64,000 nt of DNA from an uncultured Acidobacteriota bacterium (GTDB taxonomy: Bacteria; Acidobacteriota; Thermoanaerobaculia; Gp7-AA8). Below the pieces are notes generated by a model that was given only the letters and a program-made list of their open reading frames with translations, searched no databases and was not told the origin of the DNA. The stretch covers positions 544,001 through 608,000 of the forward strand of contig CAVUKB010000005.1 of the NCBI GenBank assembly GCA_963741955.1, given 5' to 3'. Shown here in pieces: positions 40,340 through 49,770 of the stretch. Position numbers and translations under genes: made by a program. Numbering within the stretch: position 1 is the first letter of the stretch; the number at the start of each line of letters is the position of its first letter.

Positions 40340-42016
40340 CTACTGCGCCTGCATCCGCAGTTTCTCGAGGAGTTCCTTCTCCCCTTCCGCGTGGAGCTCC
40401 TTCGCCTTCGCCCACGCCGCATCGGCGCGATCGAGAAGCTCCTTCGCCTTCTTCGGAGCCGTCAGGCCCGACATGTTGATGCAGACGTTCTGATACGCCC
40501 CCGCAGCCGCGGCACGCGCCATCTGCACGCCCACACCCGCATCCGAGAGCGATGCCTGGAGCCCGATCCGCCCGATCTCGCGACAGAGCTCGATCACCTC
40601 CGGAGAGAGCTCCAGCACTCCGAGCGGAATCTCGATCGCACCGACTGTCGCCGCGAGCATCGCCGCATCGCGCGCGGCGATCTCCTCGTCCGTCTCTTTC
40701 CGCATCCGCATCGCGTCGAGCAGACGATCGAACGCCGCAGTGTCCGCGTCGACCGCACCGAGGAGCTCATCCTTGAGCTGCTGTGCCCGGAGGCCGATCC
40801 GTTCGTAATCGGGCTGCTTCGCCTCCATCCCTTTCTTCGCGTGGCTCAGCAGCGAGACCATCGCCGCGAGGCCCGCCGCCATCGCTCCTGCGAGCGCCGC
40901 GACCGATCCCCCTCCGGGAGCGGGTGAGTCGCTCGAGAGCTCGTCCGTGAAATCGCGGATCGACATCGAGACGAGATGGCCTTCGTTCGCCAGCCGGTAC
41001 TCGATCACCCGCTCCTTCGGATCGAACGGCTTCACTTCGTTCAGACCGAGCGAGCGTACCGCGACGTGCACGAGCGTCGCCTCGGGGACGGCCGGTGAGC
41101 GTCCCATGCTGGTGATGTAATGCCGCCCCGCCTCGAGCAGAACGGATTTCGGCACCAGTCCCACCAGCTCGGAGCCCGTGACGCGGATGCCACGCTCCCG
41201 CGCCCGTTCGTCGCACGTGTCGAACGCGATGTGGAGCGGAGTCGTCTCGAGGTCGGTCAGATTCATCGACACCTGCGCGCAGCCGAACTCCGGGATCACC
41301 CATCCCACCGCCTTGACCGACTTGAGGATTCCCGGCTCCCAGACCGGTTCACCCTTCGCGTCGAGAATCGGTTCCCCCTTCTCGTCACGCTTCACGCGTC
41401 CGCGCTCCCGGACGTCGAACGCGACGCGGTTCGCCAGCCGCCTGTCGAGCGTATTCAGGTTCACGTTGTACGCGACGAGGAACTTCCTCGCTCCGATCGC
41501 GGTCGCGCCGCAGCGTGGGTTGAATTCCGCGGGACCGAAGTCCGGCTTCCACTTCTGATCGACGATCTTGTGGGCCAGGCCTTCGTATTCGCCTTCACGA
41601 ATGTCGGCCAGGTTTCTCCGGTACTCCGCGGATGCGGCATGCTCGTAGAGATAGACCGGAACCTTCAGCTCCCGCCCGACCCGCTCGCCAAGCTTCCTCG
41701 CGAGCTCGGCGCATTCGTCCATCGTCACGTCCGCTACGGGGACGAACGGTACGACGTCGACCGCTCCCATCCGCGGATGCGCTCCCTTGTGCGTCGACAT
41801 GTCGATCAGGCCGATCGACTTCTCGATCAGGCGAAACGCTCCCTCCACCACCGCTTCGGGCGATCCGACGAACGTGATCACCGTCCGGTTCGTTTCCGCT
41901 CCCGGGTCGATGTTCAGCAGGGTGACCCCGTTCACGCTCGCCGCGGCAGCCGCCGCTTCATACACGTCGGCCCGACGGCCCTCGGAGATATTCGGTACGC
42001 ATTCGACGATCTTCAT
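40340..42016 (-). CDS. ftcD: Bifunctional glutamate formimidoyltransferase / formiminoTHF cyclodeaminase
   Basis: MKIVECVPNISEGR, HPRMGAVDVVPF, GARKFLVAYN and SDSPAPGGGSVAA. Confidence 0.93.
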   Translation of the reverse strand: MKIVECVPNISEGRRADVYEAAAAAASVNGVTLLNIDPGAETNRTVITFVGSPEAVVEGAFRLIEKSIGLIDMSTHKGAHPRMGAVDVVPFVPVADVTMDECAELARKLGERVGRELKVPVYLYEHAASAEYRRNLADIREGEYEGLAHKIVDQKWKPDFGPAEFNPRCGATAIGARKFLVAYNVNLNTLDRRLANRVAFDVRERGRVKRDEKGEPILDAKGEPVWEPGILKSVKAVGWVIPEFGCAQVSMNLTDLETTPLHIAFDTCDERARERGIRVTGSELVGLVPKSVLLEAGRHYITSMGRSPAVPEATLVHVAVRSLGLNEVKPFDPKERVIEYRLANEGHLVSMSIRDFTDELSSDSPAPGGGSVAALAGAMAAGLAAMVSLLSHAKKGMEAKQPDYERIGLRAQQLKDELLGAVDADTAAFDRLLDAMRMRKETDEEIAARDAAMLAATVGAIEIPLGVLELSPEVIELCREIGRIGLQASLSDAGVGVQMARAAAAGAYQNVCINMSGLTAPKKAKELLDRADAAWAKAKELHAEGEKELLEKLRMQAQ

Positions 42017-42110
42017 CCATCCTCCCAACCGCGGAATCGTATTCGGCCCTCGCCGATGCCGCAACCGCAAAGGCGGGTTCGAGGGTGGTGGCCGGACTGT
42101 GCGGAGCGTC

Positions 42111-42333
42111 GTGGCCGAACTTTCAAGAATCCACGGGCGAGCTTCGAGCGCTCCGTGTGCGGACGAGCAGATCGTCTTCGCAGCGCTGCTCCAAAAGTTT
42201 GGTGAAACGCACCGACTCGCGCGGCACGCACGCGTTTACCAAACTTTTAGAGCCCGGATTCGCGGATCGAGCTGCGGCCACGGACCGATCGACACTCCGA
42301 ATCGCGGTCCATGGTCCTTGAAAGTTCGGCCAC
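42111..42333. mobile_element. MITE-like element, copy 1
   Basis: Perfect 17-bp terminal inverted repeats (TIRs) GTGGCCGAACTTTCAAG / CTTGAAAGTTCGGCCAC plus an internal IR; non-coding. Confidence 0.75.
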
Positions 42334-42432
42334 AAACACCTGTTCCTCCGTTACAGCGCCGTGACGTCACGACCCGGTAACGAGTCGATCTCGAAGGAGA
42401 GGAAGCTCGCATTCGCGGGGCTATACTTCGGC

Positions 42433-44658
42433 ATGCTTCGTTTCGTCGCAGCACTTCTTCTCGCCGTTTCACTCACAGTCCCGGCATCGACTGCCGCAGT
42501 GCCCCCTCTCAATGGTGGGAAACGCCCGTTATCGCCAACCATCTTCGGCCCGGCGATCGGATTGAAGGGGAGCGCACGCGTCGCCTGGAGCGGAAACGTT
42601 TATCTCGCGGTCTGGGTCGACCTGCGAGGTGGACGGAGAATCTACGCTGCCCGGGTGAGTCCCGAGGGCGAGCTGCTCGATCCGGTGGGCATCGACCTGA
42701 GCGGAATGCGTGCTCCGGTCCACGACGAGGTCACCGAGCCGGCGGTGGTCTGGAGCGGTGAGTCGTTCTTCGTTGCGTGGCGGAGTATTTCTTCGGTATT
42801 TGGCGTGCGGGTCGGCGAAGATGGTCGCCTCCTCGATCCCGTTCCGCTGGTACTCGATCAGAGGAGCATTGCCGGCACTCCGGAGCTCGCTTCGAACGGA
42901 AACTCGGTTCTGCTGACTGCGACGCGATGCGTCGGGACGCCTTCAGCGTGGACGGCGAGGGCGGACGGATCGAAGATTGCCGATCTCGACCTGACCGTCG
43001 AGCCGCTTTCTTCGGCCTGCGCACTCGCCGCGGCATCCGACGGTTCGCACTATCTGATCGTCGCTGCCGAGAGAGGCGAGCTGTTCTGGTATCTCGCGGA
43101 CGATTCGGCGATCGTCGCGCATCACTCGATGAAGGTGGCGGACGAGGCGGACATCCCAGCGGTCGCGTGGGATGGGAGCGGGTACGTGGTCGCGTTCCGC
43201 ACGGCGATGGGCGTTCTGACGACATGGAAGATCGACGCCGGCGGGAATCCGGTGGGATCGCGAATCTCGACGGTGGGCGGTACGTTCATTACCGGGATCC
43301 GGATCTGGAGTGATGGAACCGACACGCTCGTCGGATGGAGCGACGGGTTGCTCGCTCCGTCATGGCAGATCGCGACCATCACCGCGGATGGACTCGAACA
43401 CCCGAAGCCTCTGGCGAACGAAATCGACCTCGCTTCGGACGGTGCGCGATACCTCGGCGTATTCGCCCCCGACTCCACTCGTCTCGAGCGCGCATTCTTC
43501 AGTCCCGACGGCACGAAGATCACAGACGCACTCCTCACCGCGCATTCCGCTCACGCGCAACTTCTTCCATCCCGCGCAACTGCCGGCTCGAAGACGGCAA
43601 CCGTATGGCAGGTGGTCGAAGGCGATCGCTCCTTCATCGAGCTTTCGGTCAGTGGGCCGGAAGGGAGTCGGATCCTTCCGCTCATCGCGAGCGACGGCAG
43701 TCGGTACTCGCCAGTGATCGCCACGAACGGGCTCTCCTTTCTCGTCGCATGGATCGAGCCGACGGTGAGAGCGTATCGTGTGGTGGCGTCCAGACTCACA
43801 CTGGACGGTGATCTGGTGAATTCGACTCCGCTCGTCCTCGTCCCGGAGGTCTATCCGGAAAGGATTGATCCGGACAGCGGCTCAATGCTGTTCGATCCTC
43901 CTGCCATCGCCTCGGCAGGAGAAATCTACTTCGTCGCATGGACGCAGAGCGACAGCTCGATGCGCATCGCGCGGATCACCGGCGAAGGGACGCTGCTCGA
44001 CCCGGAAGGAAGAGTCGTCTACACGTCCGAACGAGAGGCCACCGTCTCATCCCCTTCGATCGCTGTCGCCGATGACGTGATTCTCCTCGCCTGGCAGGAC
44101 GGTGTGCAGAACGGACCGTGTCAGTTCGAATGTCCCGTCCAACCGGGGGCCCGGATCATGGCGGTTCTTCTCGATGGGGAGGGTAATCCGGCCCGCTCGT
44201 CTCCCCTCGAGATCGCTGGCGAGGAGAGTCTGGCGCCGAGCGCGGCGTGGAACGGAAGGGAGTTCCTCGTCGGCTGGACCTCTTCCGGCCAGGTCGAGGT
44301 CGCGCACGTCTCCGCAACGGGCGACGTTTTCGGACGGAAGGCGATCGCGGAGGGTCCGGGAACCGACGTCTCGGTCGGAGCGCTCGGCGACGGGTTCCTC
44401 GTCGCCTGGTCGACCATCGAAGCGGAATCACGCATTCTTGCGGCCGCAGTCGACGGGCTCGAATCGGGAGATCCCTTCGAGATCTCGGACGGGCCGGCCC
44501 CACAGGAGCGGCCGCGGATTTTTCCCGGCGCCAACCGCGCGGCGTCCATTCTCTTCGATGAGCCGGGACGTCCGGGGACTGCAGCGGCGAACGTTCCGCG
44601 TCTCTTCGAGAAGAGCGTCTACGCCGCTCCGCCGAAGGGGCGTGGCGTGAGGCGATGA
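42433..44658 (+). CDS. Large secreted repeat protein (probably beta-rich)
   Basis: Signal peptide; recurring P-x-VAW-x-G-x-x-F/Y-LVAW units; basic C-terminal tail. Confidence 0.75.
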   Translation: MLRFVAALLLAVSLTVPASTAAVPPLNGGKRPLSPTIFGPAIGLKGSARVAWSGNVYLAVWVDLRGGRRIYAARVSPEGELLDPVGIDLSGMRAPVHDEVTEPAVVWSGESFFVAWRSISSVFGVRVGEDGRLLDPVPLVLDQRSIAGTPELASNGNSVLLTATRCVGTPSAWTARADGSKIADLDLTVEPLSSACALAAASDGSHYLIVAAERGELFWYLADDSAIVAHHSMKVADEADIPAVAWDGSGYVVAFRTAMGVLTTWKIDAGGNPVGSRISTVGGTFITGIRIWSDGTDTLVGWSDGLLAPSWQIATITADGLEHPKPLANEIDLASDGARYLGVFAPDSTRLERAFFSPDGTKITDALLTAHSAHAQLLPSRATAGSKTATVWQVVEGDRSFIELSVSGPEGSRILPLIASDGSRYSPVIATNGLSFLVAWIEPTVRAYRVVASRLTLDGDLVNSTPLVLVPEVYPERIDPDSGSMLFDPPAIASAGEIYFVAWTQSDSSMRIARITGEGTLLDPEGRVVYTSEREATVSSPSIAVADDVILLAWQDGVQNGPCQFECPVQPGARIMAVLLDGEGNPARSSPLEIAGEESLAPSAAWNGREFLVGWTSSGQVEVAHVSATGDVFGRKAIAEGPGTDVSVGALGDGFLVAWSTIEAESRILAAAVDGLESGDPFEISDGPAPQERPRIFPGANRAASILFDEPGRPGTAAANVPRLFEKSVYAAPPKGRGVRR

Positions 44659-44689
44659 ACGGCATGATCTCGAGAGGGCGATCCCGGAG

Positions 44690-45160
44690 ATGAGCTCGAC
44701 GAAGGTCCTTCAACGGGTGAACGCGCCGCGCGCGGCCGTGTACCGCTTCATCCTCGACGCGCGTGCGGTCGCGCAGTGGATGGTGCCGGACGGGATGACG
44801 AGCGAGATCCACCGGTTCGAGCCGCGTGAGGGAGGGTCGTTCCGCATTTCTCTCACCTACGAATCTCCGGACGCGCGAGGAAAGACGAGCGCGCACACCG
44901 ACAGCTACCACGGCCGGTTCGTGACGCTCGTTCCGGACGAACGGATCGTCGAAACAATCGAGTTCGAGACGGACGACCCCGCGATGCAGGGAGAGATGAC
45001 GGTCACCATCACGCTGCGGGACGTCGATGGCGGAACGGAGGTGCGTGCGGTGCACGAGCCGCTCCCTCCCGCTCTCTCTCCTCGGGACAACGAAACGGGC
45101 TGGCGGATGTCGCTCGCGAAACTCGCCGCCCTCGTCGAGTCGGAATCATCGACTGCGTAG
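44690..45160 (+). CDS. SRPBCC/AHA1-domain protein
   Basis: NAPRAAVY...WMVP...EGGSFR...GRFVTLVPDERIV...GWRMSLAKL. Confidence 0.88.
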   Translation: MSSTKVLQRVNAPRAAVYRFILDARAVAQWMVPDGMTSEIHRFEPREGGSFRISLTYESPDARGKTSAHTDSYHGRFVTLVPDERIVETIEFETDDPAMQGEMTVTITLRDVDGGTEVRAVHEPLPPALSPRDNETGWRMSLAKLAALVESESSTA

Positions 45161-45179
45161 TACCGCGTCGGCGCCCGTC

Positions 45180-45392
45180 GTGGCCGGACTTTCAAGAATC
45201 CCGGGTCGCGCTTCGAGGGAAGCGTTTGCGGACGAGGGGATCGTCTTCGCAGCGCAGCTCCAAAAGTTTGGTGAAACGAACCGACTCGCGCGTCACGCAC
45301 GGTTTACCAGTCCGGATTCGCGGATCGAGCTTCGGGAACGGATCGATCGACAATCCGAATGGCGCCCCCGGGTCCCTGAAAGTTCGCTCCAC
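45180..45392. mobile_element. MITE-like element, copy 2 (more degenerate)
   Basis: Aligns along its length with copy 1; degenerate TIRs and a short internal deletion. Confidence 0.7.
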
Positions 45393-45397
45393 GACCA

Positions 45398-47002
45398 TCA
45401 TCCTTCCCGTCGGACTCTCCACCCGTGAAAGATGAACGCGACGGTCAGAAGGCCGGCGGCGATCGCCCCGTACGCGGCCATGACGGCAGGCGTGGCGACT
45501 CCGTAGAACCCCGCGAAGTCGAGAGCCGGGCTCGCGCCTCGGGAGTTCATCACCATGTACCAGAAAATCAGGAAGAGGACGATGAACGTCTTCGGATTGG
45601 AGCTGAGGATGGCGAGCGACGTCGCTCCGGCAATGACGAGAAGAACGCCGATCGCGAACGGCAGGAGCATCGAGGGGCGGAGGAATGCGATCCGGACCGC
45701 CGCCACCGCGAAGAAGCCGCCGCCGATCAGTAGAGTCGCGGCGATCTTCCATGCGACGAACCACTCCTGAAGCCGCGGCGAGCCGTAGACCAGCGAGAGC
45801 GTTCCCGCCCGTCGCTCGCGGGTCGACACGTCGGCGATGGCCACCGCGTATGCGGCGAACGTCAGTGGAAGAACGGTGGTGAAGAAGCCTTCCGCTCCGC
45901 TGACCAGCGCGGCGATGGAGAGCGCGGCAATCACCACCAGCATCCACGGCTGCGCGGCGATGGCGATCCAGGCATCGGCCACCGCCGCCCGCGCCAGCGT
46001 CGGACGCGTTGCTTTCTGCAGACCCGACCCTCCACCGATCCGGTCGATGCGCAGGATCGGTGACACCAGCCGCTTGACGCCGAGGTTGATGCGATGGAGG
46101 AGTGACCCCTTTGCGCCAGTGCCACTCTTTCGCACGCGTGAAGGATCGAAGCGGTGAAACCCGAGACGCGCGACCGGGAGGAGGAGAAGAGGAATGAAGG
46201 TCGATACAATCCGAGGAACCAGCCACTCCGGATCGAACTGCAGACCGTTGAAGACGAACACTCCTTTGGAGGGATCGAACGGGGACGCGCCGATGGCGAT
46301 GCTCGGGTTGCCGGTCAGCTTCTGCACCTGGCTGAGCTGGAACGCGAAGCCGGAAAAATCGAAGTAGCGCGCGATGCCGATCGGATGGTTCTTCTCCGTG
46401 AGGAACGCGACCAGGCCGAGCAGAAACATCCAGAGAAAGAAATAGAAGACGTCTCCGATGCGGCTGCGAAGGATGGGGAGAGACTCGAACGTGATCGCGA
46501 GGGCGGAGACGAGAACGATCGCCGGAGGAACCAGCAGCAGATACTGCTCGAGAAAGATCAACGGCTCTAGGGGCGCCTCTCCTCGCAAGACGACCATCGC
46601 CATCGACGTGATCATGAAGCCGGTGACGAACGTGGCGAGAAAGACGAGGTTCCCGGCGAATTTTCCGACCACGTATTCACTGCTTCGCATGGTGGTGGAG
46701 GCGATCACGAATCCGCAGCGCGTCAGGACGTCGCGCTTGATCGCGTTCGAGACGACGTAGAAACCGACCAGACCGATGAAGATCGACGCGAGGCTCGCCG
46801 TCGCCATTCCGATTGCCGCAGAGTTGTAGAAGGCGCGCCGGCCGGCGATCTGCATGAGCGCCCGCCCGGTTGCCGGATCGGGGATCCAGACGTAGGCGAA
46901 GAGGCTGAGGAGGAGAAAGACCACCACCGTCGAGGGCCGCCGGAAGCGGATCAGGACGTCCGCGCGGATGACGGCGGCGATGCGATGGAGCCGGGACGTC
47001 AT
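45398..47002 (-). CDS. ABC-2-type permease-like membrane protein
   Basis: Polytopic; EYVVGKFAG motif; coupled to the ATPase gene. Confidence 0.72.
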   Translation of the reverse strand: MTSRLHRIAAVIRADVLIRFRRPSTVVVFLLLSLFAYVWIPDPATGRALMQIAGRRAFYNSAAIGMATASLASIFIGLVGFYVVSNAIKRDVLTRCGFVIASTTMRSSEYVVGKFAGNLVFLATFVTGFMITSMAMVVLRGEAPLEPLIFLEQYLLLVPPAIVLVSALAITFESLPILRSRIGDVFYFFLWMFLLGLVAFLTEKNHPIGIARYFDFSGFAFQLSQVQKLTGNPSIAIGASPFDPSKGVFVFNGLQFDPEWLVPRIVSTFIPLLLLPVARLGFHRFDPSRVRKSGTGAKGSLLHRINLGVKRLVSPILRIDRIGGGSGLQKATRPTLARAAVADAWIAIAAQPWMLVVIAALSIAALVSGAEGFFTTVLPLTFAAYAVAIADVSTRERRAGTLSLVYGSPRLQEWFVAWKIAATLLIGGGFFAVAAVRIAFLRPSMLLPFAIGVLLVIAGATSLAILSSNPKTFIVLFLIFWYMVMNSRGASPALDFAGFYGVATPAVMAAYGAIAAGLLTVAFIFHGWRVRREG

Positions 47003-47901
47003 GCGCGGTCCCCGGGCGCCACCGCCGCCTCCCTCTGCGCAGTTCCGTCGCCGGGAATCATCTGCCACAGATACGCATCTTCCAGATTCGGCTCCGCGAG
47101 GATGGCGTCGTCGAACGGCCGTGCCGCGGATACGATCCGCGCGTGCACGCCGTCCGGCCGTCGCACCGCGCCGGAGAGCTTGAACCTTCCCCGCACCTGC
47201 TCGAACTCTTCCGACGAGACGCGCACCAGCCACACCTTTCCTTCGGCTTCGCGCATCAACTCCTCGGGGGTCGCGAGAGCGACCAGTCTCCCCTCCTTCA
47301 GTACCGCGATCTTCGTCGCGATCGACTCGATATCGGAGACGATGTGGGTCGAGAGGATGACCAGCTTCCCGGTGCCGAGATCCGAGAGGATGTTCCTGAA
47401 ACGGACCCGCTCTTCCGGATCGAGTCCGGCGGTCGGCTCGTCGACGATCACGAGATCGGGATCGTTGATCAGCGCCTGCGCGATTCCGAGCCGTTGCTTC
47501 ATGCCGCCCGAGAATCCGCCGACGGTGCGGTTCGCGACGCTGTGGAGATTCACCATCTCCAGCATCTCGGCGATCCGGGCACGGCTCCGGACTCCCTTGA
47601 GGGATGCGAAGTAGCGAAGCATCTCCCAGGCGGTGAGGTTCTCGTACACCCCGAAGTCCTGCGGGAGATAGCCGAGCCGCTTCCGGATCGAGTCCGGATG
47701 CGCGGTGACGTCGACGCCGTCGAACGTGACACGTCCCGCCGTCGGACGGGTGATCGTGGCGATCATCTGCATCAGAGTGGTCTTTCCGGCGCCGTTCGCG
47801 CCGACCAGTCCGAGCACTCCTTCGCCCGTTTCGAGCGAGAGATCACGCACCCCGTAGTTGCCACGGCGGAACCGTTTGGACACCGATTCGATGGTCAGCA
47901 T
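46999..47901 (-). CDS. ABC transporter ATP-binding protein
   Basis: GANGAGKTT, FSGGMKQR, VDEPTAGLDP and STHIVSD. Confidence 0.92.
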   Translation of the reverse strand: MLTIESVSKRFRRGNYGVRDLSLETGEGVLGLVGANGAGKTTLMQMIATITRPTAGRVTFDGVDVTAHPDSIRKRLGYLPQDFGVYENLTAWEMLRYFASLKGVRSRARIAEMLEMVNLHSVANRTVGGFSGGMKQRLGIAQALINDPDLVIVDEPTAGLDPEERVRFRNILSDLGTGKLVILSTHIVSDIESIATKIAVLKEGRLVALATPEELMREAEGKVWLVRVSSEEFEQVRGRFKLSGAVRRPDGVHARIVSAARPFDDAILAEPNLEDAYLWQMIPGDGTAQREAAVAPGDRA

Positions 47902-47967
47902 GCCGGGAGTATACGCACTCGCTCCGGGCAGGGTTTCGGCGCGTGGGGTGCCAGCTGCGAACACGCC

Positions 47968-48189
47968 GTGGCCGAAGTTTCAAGGATCCTGGGGCGCGCT
48001 TCGAGGGAAGCGTTTGCGGACGAGCAGATCGTCTTCGCAGCGCTGCTCCAAAAGCTTGGTGAAACGTACCGACTCGCGCGGCACGCACGGTCTACCAAAC
48101 TTTTGGAGCCCGAATTCGCGGAAGGGGCCGCGACAACCGATCGATCGCCAGTCCGAATGGCGGACCCGGGTCCCTGAAAGTTCGGCCAC
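47968..48189. mobile_element. MITE-like element, copy 3
   Basis: GTGGCCGAAGTTTCAAG ... CCTGAAAGTTCGGCCAC; same internal sequence as copy 1. Confidence 0.72.
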
Positions 48190-48305
48190 AAACCGTTGCG
48201 AGTCGTGCAAAAGCGGAGGTCGGTCGAGAAGGCGGACCCTATCACATCTCATATGTGTCGGCCGTCACCGGCACAACTCGGGGGGTCCCTCCATAATCCG
48301 GGCAT

Positions 48306-48429
48306 CCTCTCGGATACCTGAGTTTCCCGGTCAATTTTCGCCTCGTCCCAGCGTCCCGTCCGTAACTGCCTCGTCTCCGGCCAGCCTCGCTTCTTCCTCC
48401 ATCCGGGAACTCAGGTGTCCGGGGAGAGG
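48306..48429. repeat. ~25-bp imperfect inverted repeat enclosing ~72 bp (REP-like)
   Basis: CCTCTCGGATACCTGAGTTTCCCGG / CCGGGAACTCAGGTGTCCGGGGAGAGG. Confidence 0.6.
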
Positions 48430-48430
48430 C

Positions 48431-48486
48431 GAGCGGTGAGCGGTGAGCGGTGAGCGGTGAGCGGTGAGCGGTGAGCGGTGAGCGGA
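48431..48486. repeat. Heptamer array (GAGCGGT)x7 plus one variant
   Basis: Read directly. Confidence 0.92.
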
Positions 48487-48651
48487 TCACGATACCCGCC
48501 GCAGGCGAAGACCCGGAGAAGTATCAAGAACCCGGCGAAAACAGAACAATCTTCTGCGAATCGAAGCATTTGACGAACAATATTCGTCACTACAGCGCCC
48601 CGACAGAACGAATATCCTGATCCTCCAGCCGCTCGTCGCTCGTCGCTCTCT

Positions 48652-49641
48652 CTAAATCCATCCCCGCAACTCGCCCGCCGCGATCGAAGTCATCGCCTCG
48701 ATCCAGCGGGGACGGTGATTCAGACACGGCACGAGCTCGAGCGACTTCCCTCCTCCGCCGGCGAACTGCTCCCGCCCGAGGTTTCCGATCTCGTCGATGG
48801 TCTCGAGGCAGTCGGACGTGAAGCCGGGGCAGACGACGAGTATCCGCTCCACCCCTTCTTTTCCGAGCGACATGAGCGTCTGATCGGTGTACGGCTGCAG
48901 CCACGGCTCTTTCCCGAACCGCGACTGGAACGTGACCAGATAGTCGTCCGCGTTCCACTTCATCTCCGAAGCGAGCGCCCGCACGGTCGCCTGACACTGC
49001 TCCGGATACGGATCGCCCATCCGCGCGTACCTCTGCGGGATTCCGTGGAACGAAAGAAGGATCTTCTGAGGCCGCTGGTCCATCTTCGCGAGCCGTTCGC
49101 GGATCGATGCCGCGAGCGCGCCGATGTAGCCGGGATGCTCGTAATACGGTGGTACGACGCGAAGGGTCGGAACGAAGCGCCGCTTCGGGAGCTCGGCGAA
49201 GACCGCGTCGTACGTCGATCCGGTCGTCGGTGCGGAGTACTGCGGGTACATCGGAAAGAGAAGGATCCGGTCCGCCCCCCACGCAGAGAGCGTCTCGATC
49301 GCAGACGCGGTCGACGGGGTGCCATAGCGCATCGCTACCTCGACGCGGACCTCCGCATCGGGGGCCGCGTCTTTCAGTCCGGCCTGCAGTCCCGCCGCCT
49401 GCCGTTTCGTGTTCAGCAGGAGAGGCGACCCCTCCGGCGTCCAGACGTTCCGGTAGAGCGCGGCCGACATCGGAGGCCGGCGCACCAGGATCACTCCGTT
49501 CAGAATGAACCACCAGAGGACGCGGTTGATCTCGACCACTCGCGGGTCGCCGAGAAACTCCCGCAGATACCTCCGGACCGCGCCGGTGGTCGGAGCGTCA
49601 GGGGTTCCGAGCTGCCCGAGGAGTATGCCGATCTTCTGCAT
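48652..49641 (-). CDS. hemH: Ferrochelatase
   Basis: LGTP...YLREFLGDPRV, SFHGIP, FQSRFG...WLQP and DCLETIDEI. Confidence 0.95.
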   Translation of the reverse strand: MQKIGILLGQLGTPDAPTTGAVRRYLREFLGDPRVVEINRVLWWFILNGVILVRRPPMSAALYRNVWTPEGSPLLLNTKRQAAGLQAGLKDAAPDAEVRVEVAMRYGTPSTASAIETLSAWGADRILLFPMYPQYSAPTTGSTYDAVFAELPKRRFVPTLRVVPPYYEHPGYIGALAASIRERLAKMDQRPQKILLSFHGIPQRYARMGDPYPEQCQATVRALASEMKWNADDYLVTFQSRFGKEPWLQPYTDQTLMSLGKEGVERILVVCPGFTSDCLETIDEIGNLGREQFAGGGGKSLELVPCLNHRPRWIEAMTSIAAGELRGWI

Positions 49642-49770
49642 TGCGGGAGGAAGATACCCGACTCTCCTCCCCGGGAGAAGACGTGTGACGGATGAACACG
49701 AAAAAGGACCCCGATTTCAGTATGCTTCCGCTGCAGGGCGGCCGCCCGAATCCGTTTTCCGGGAGTGAAG

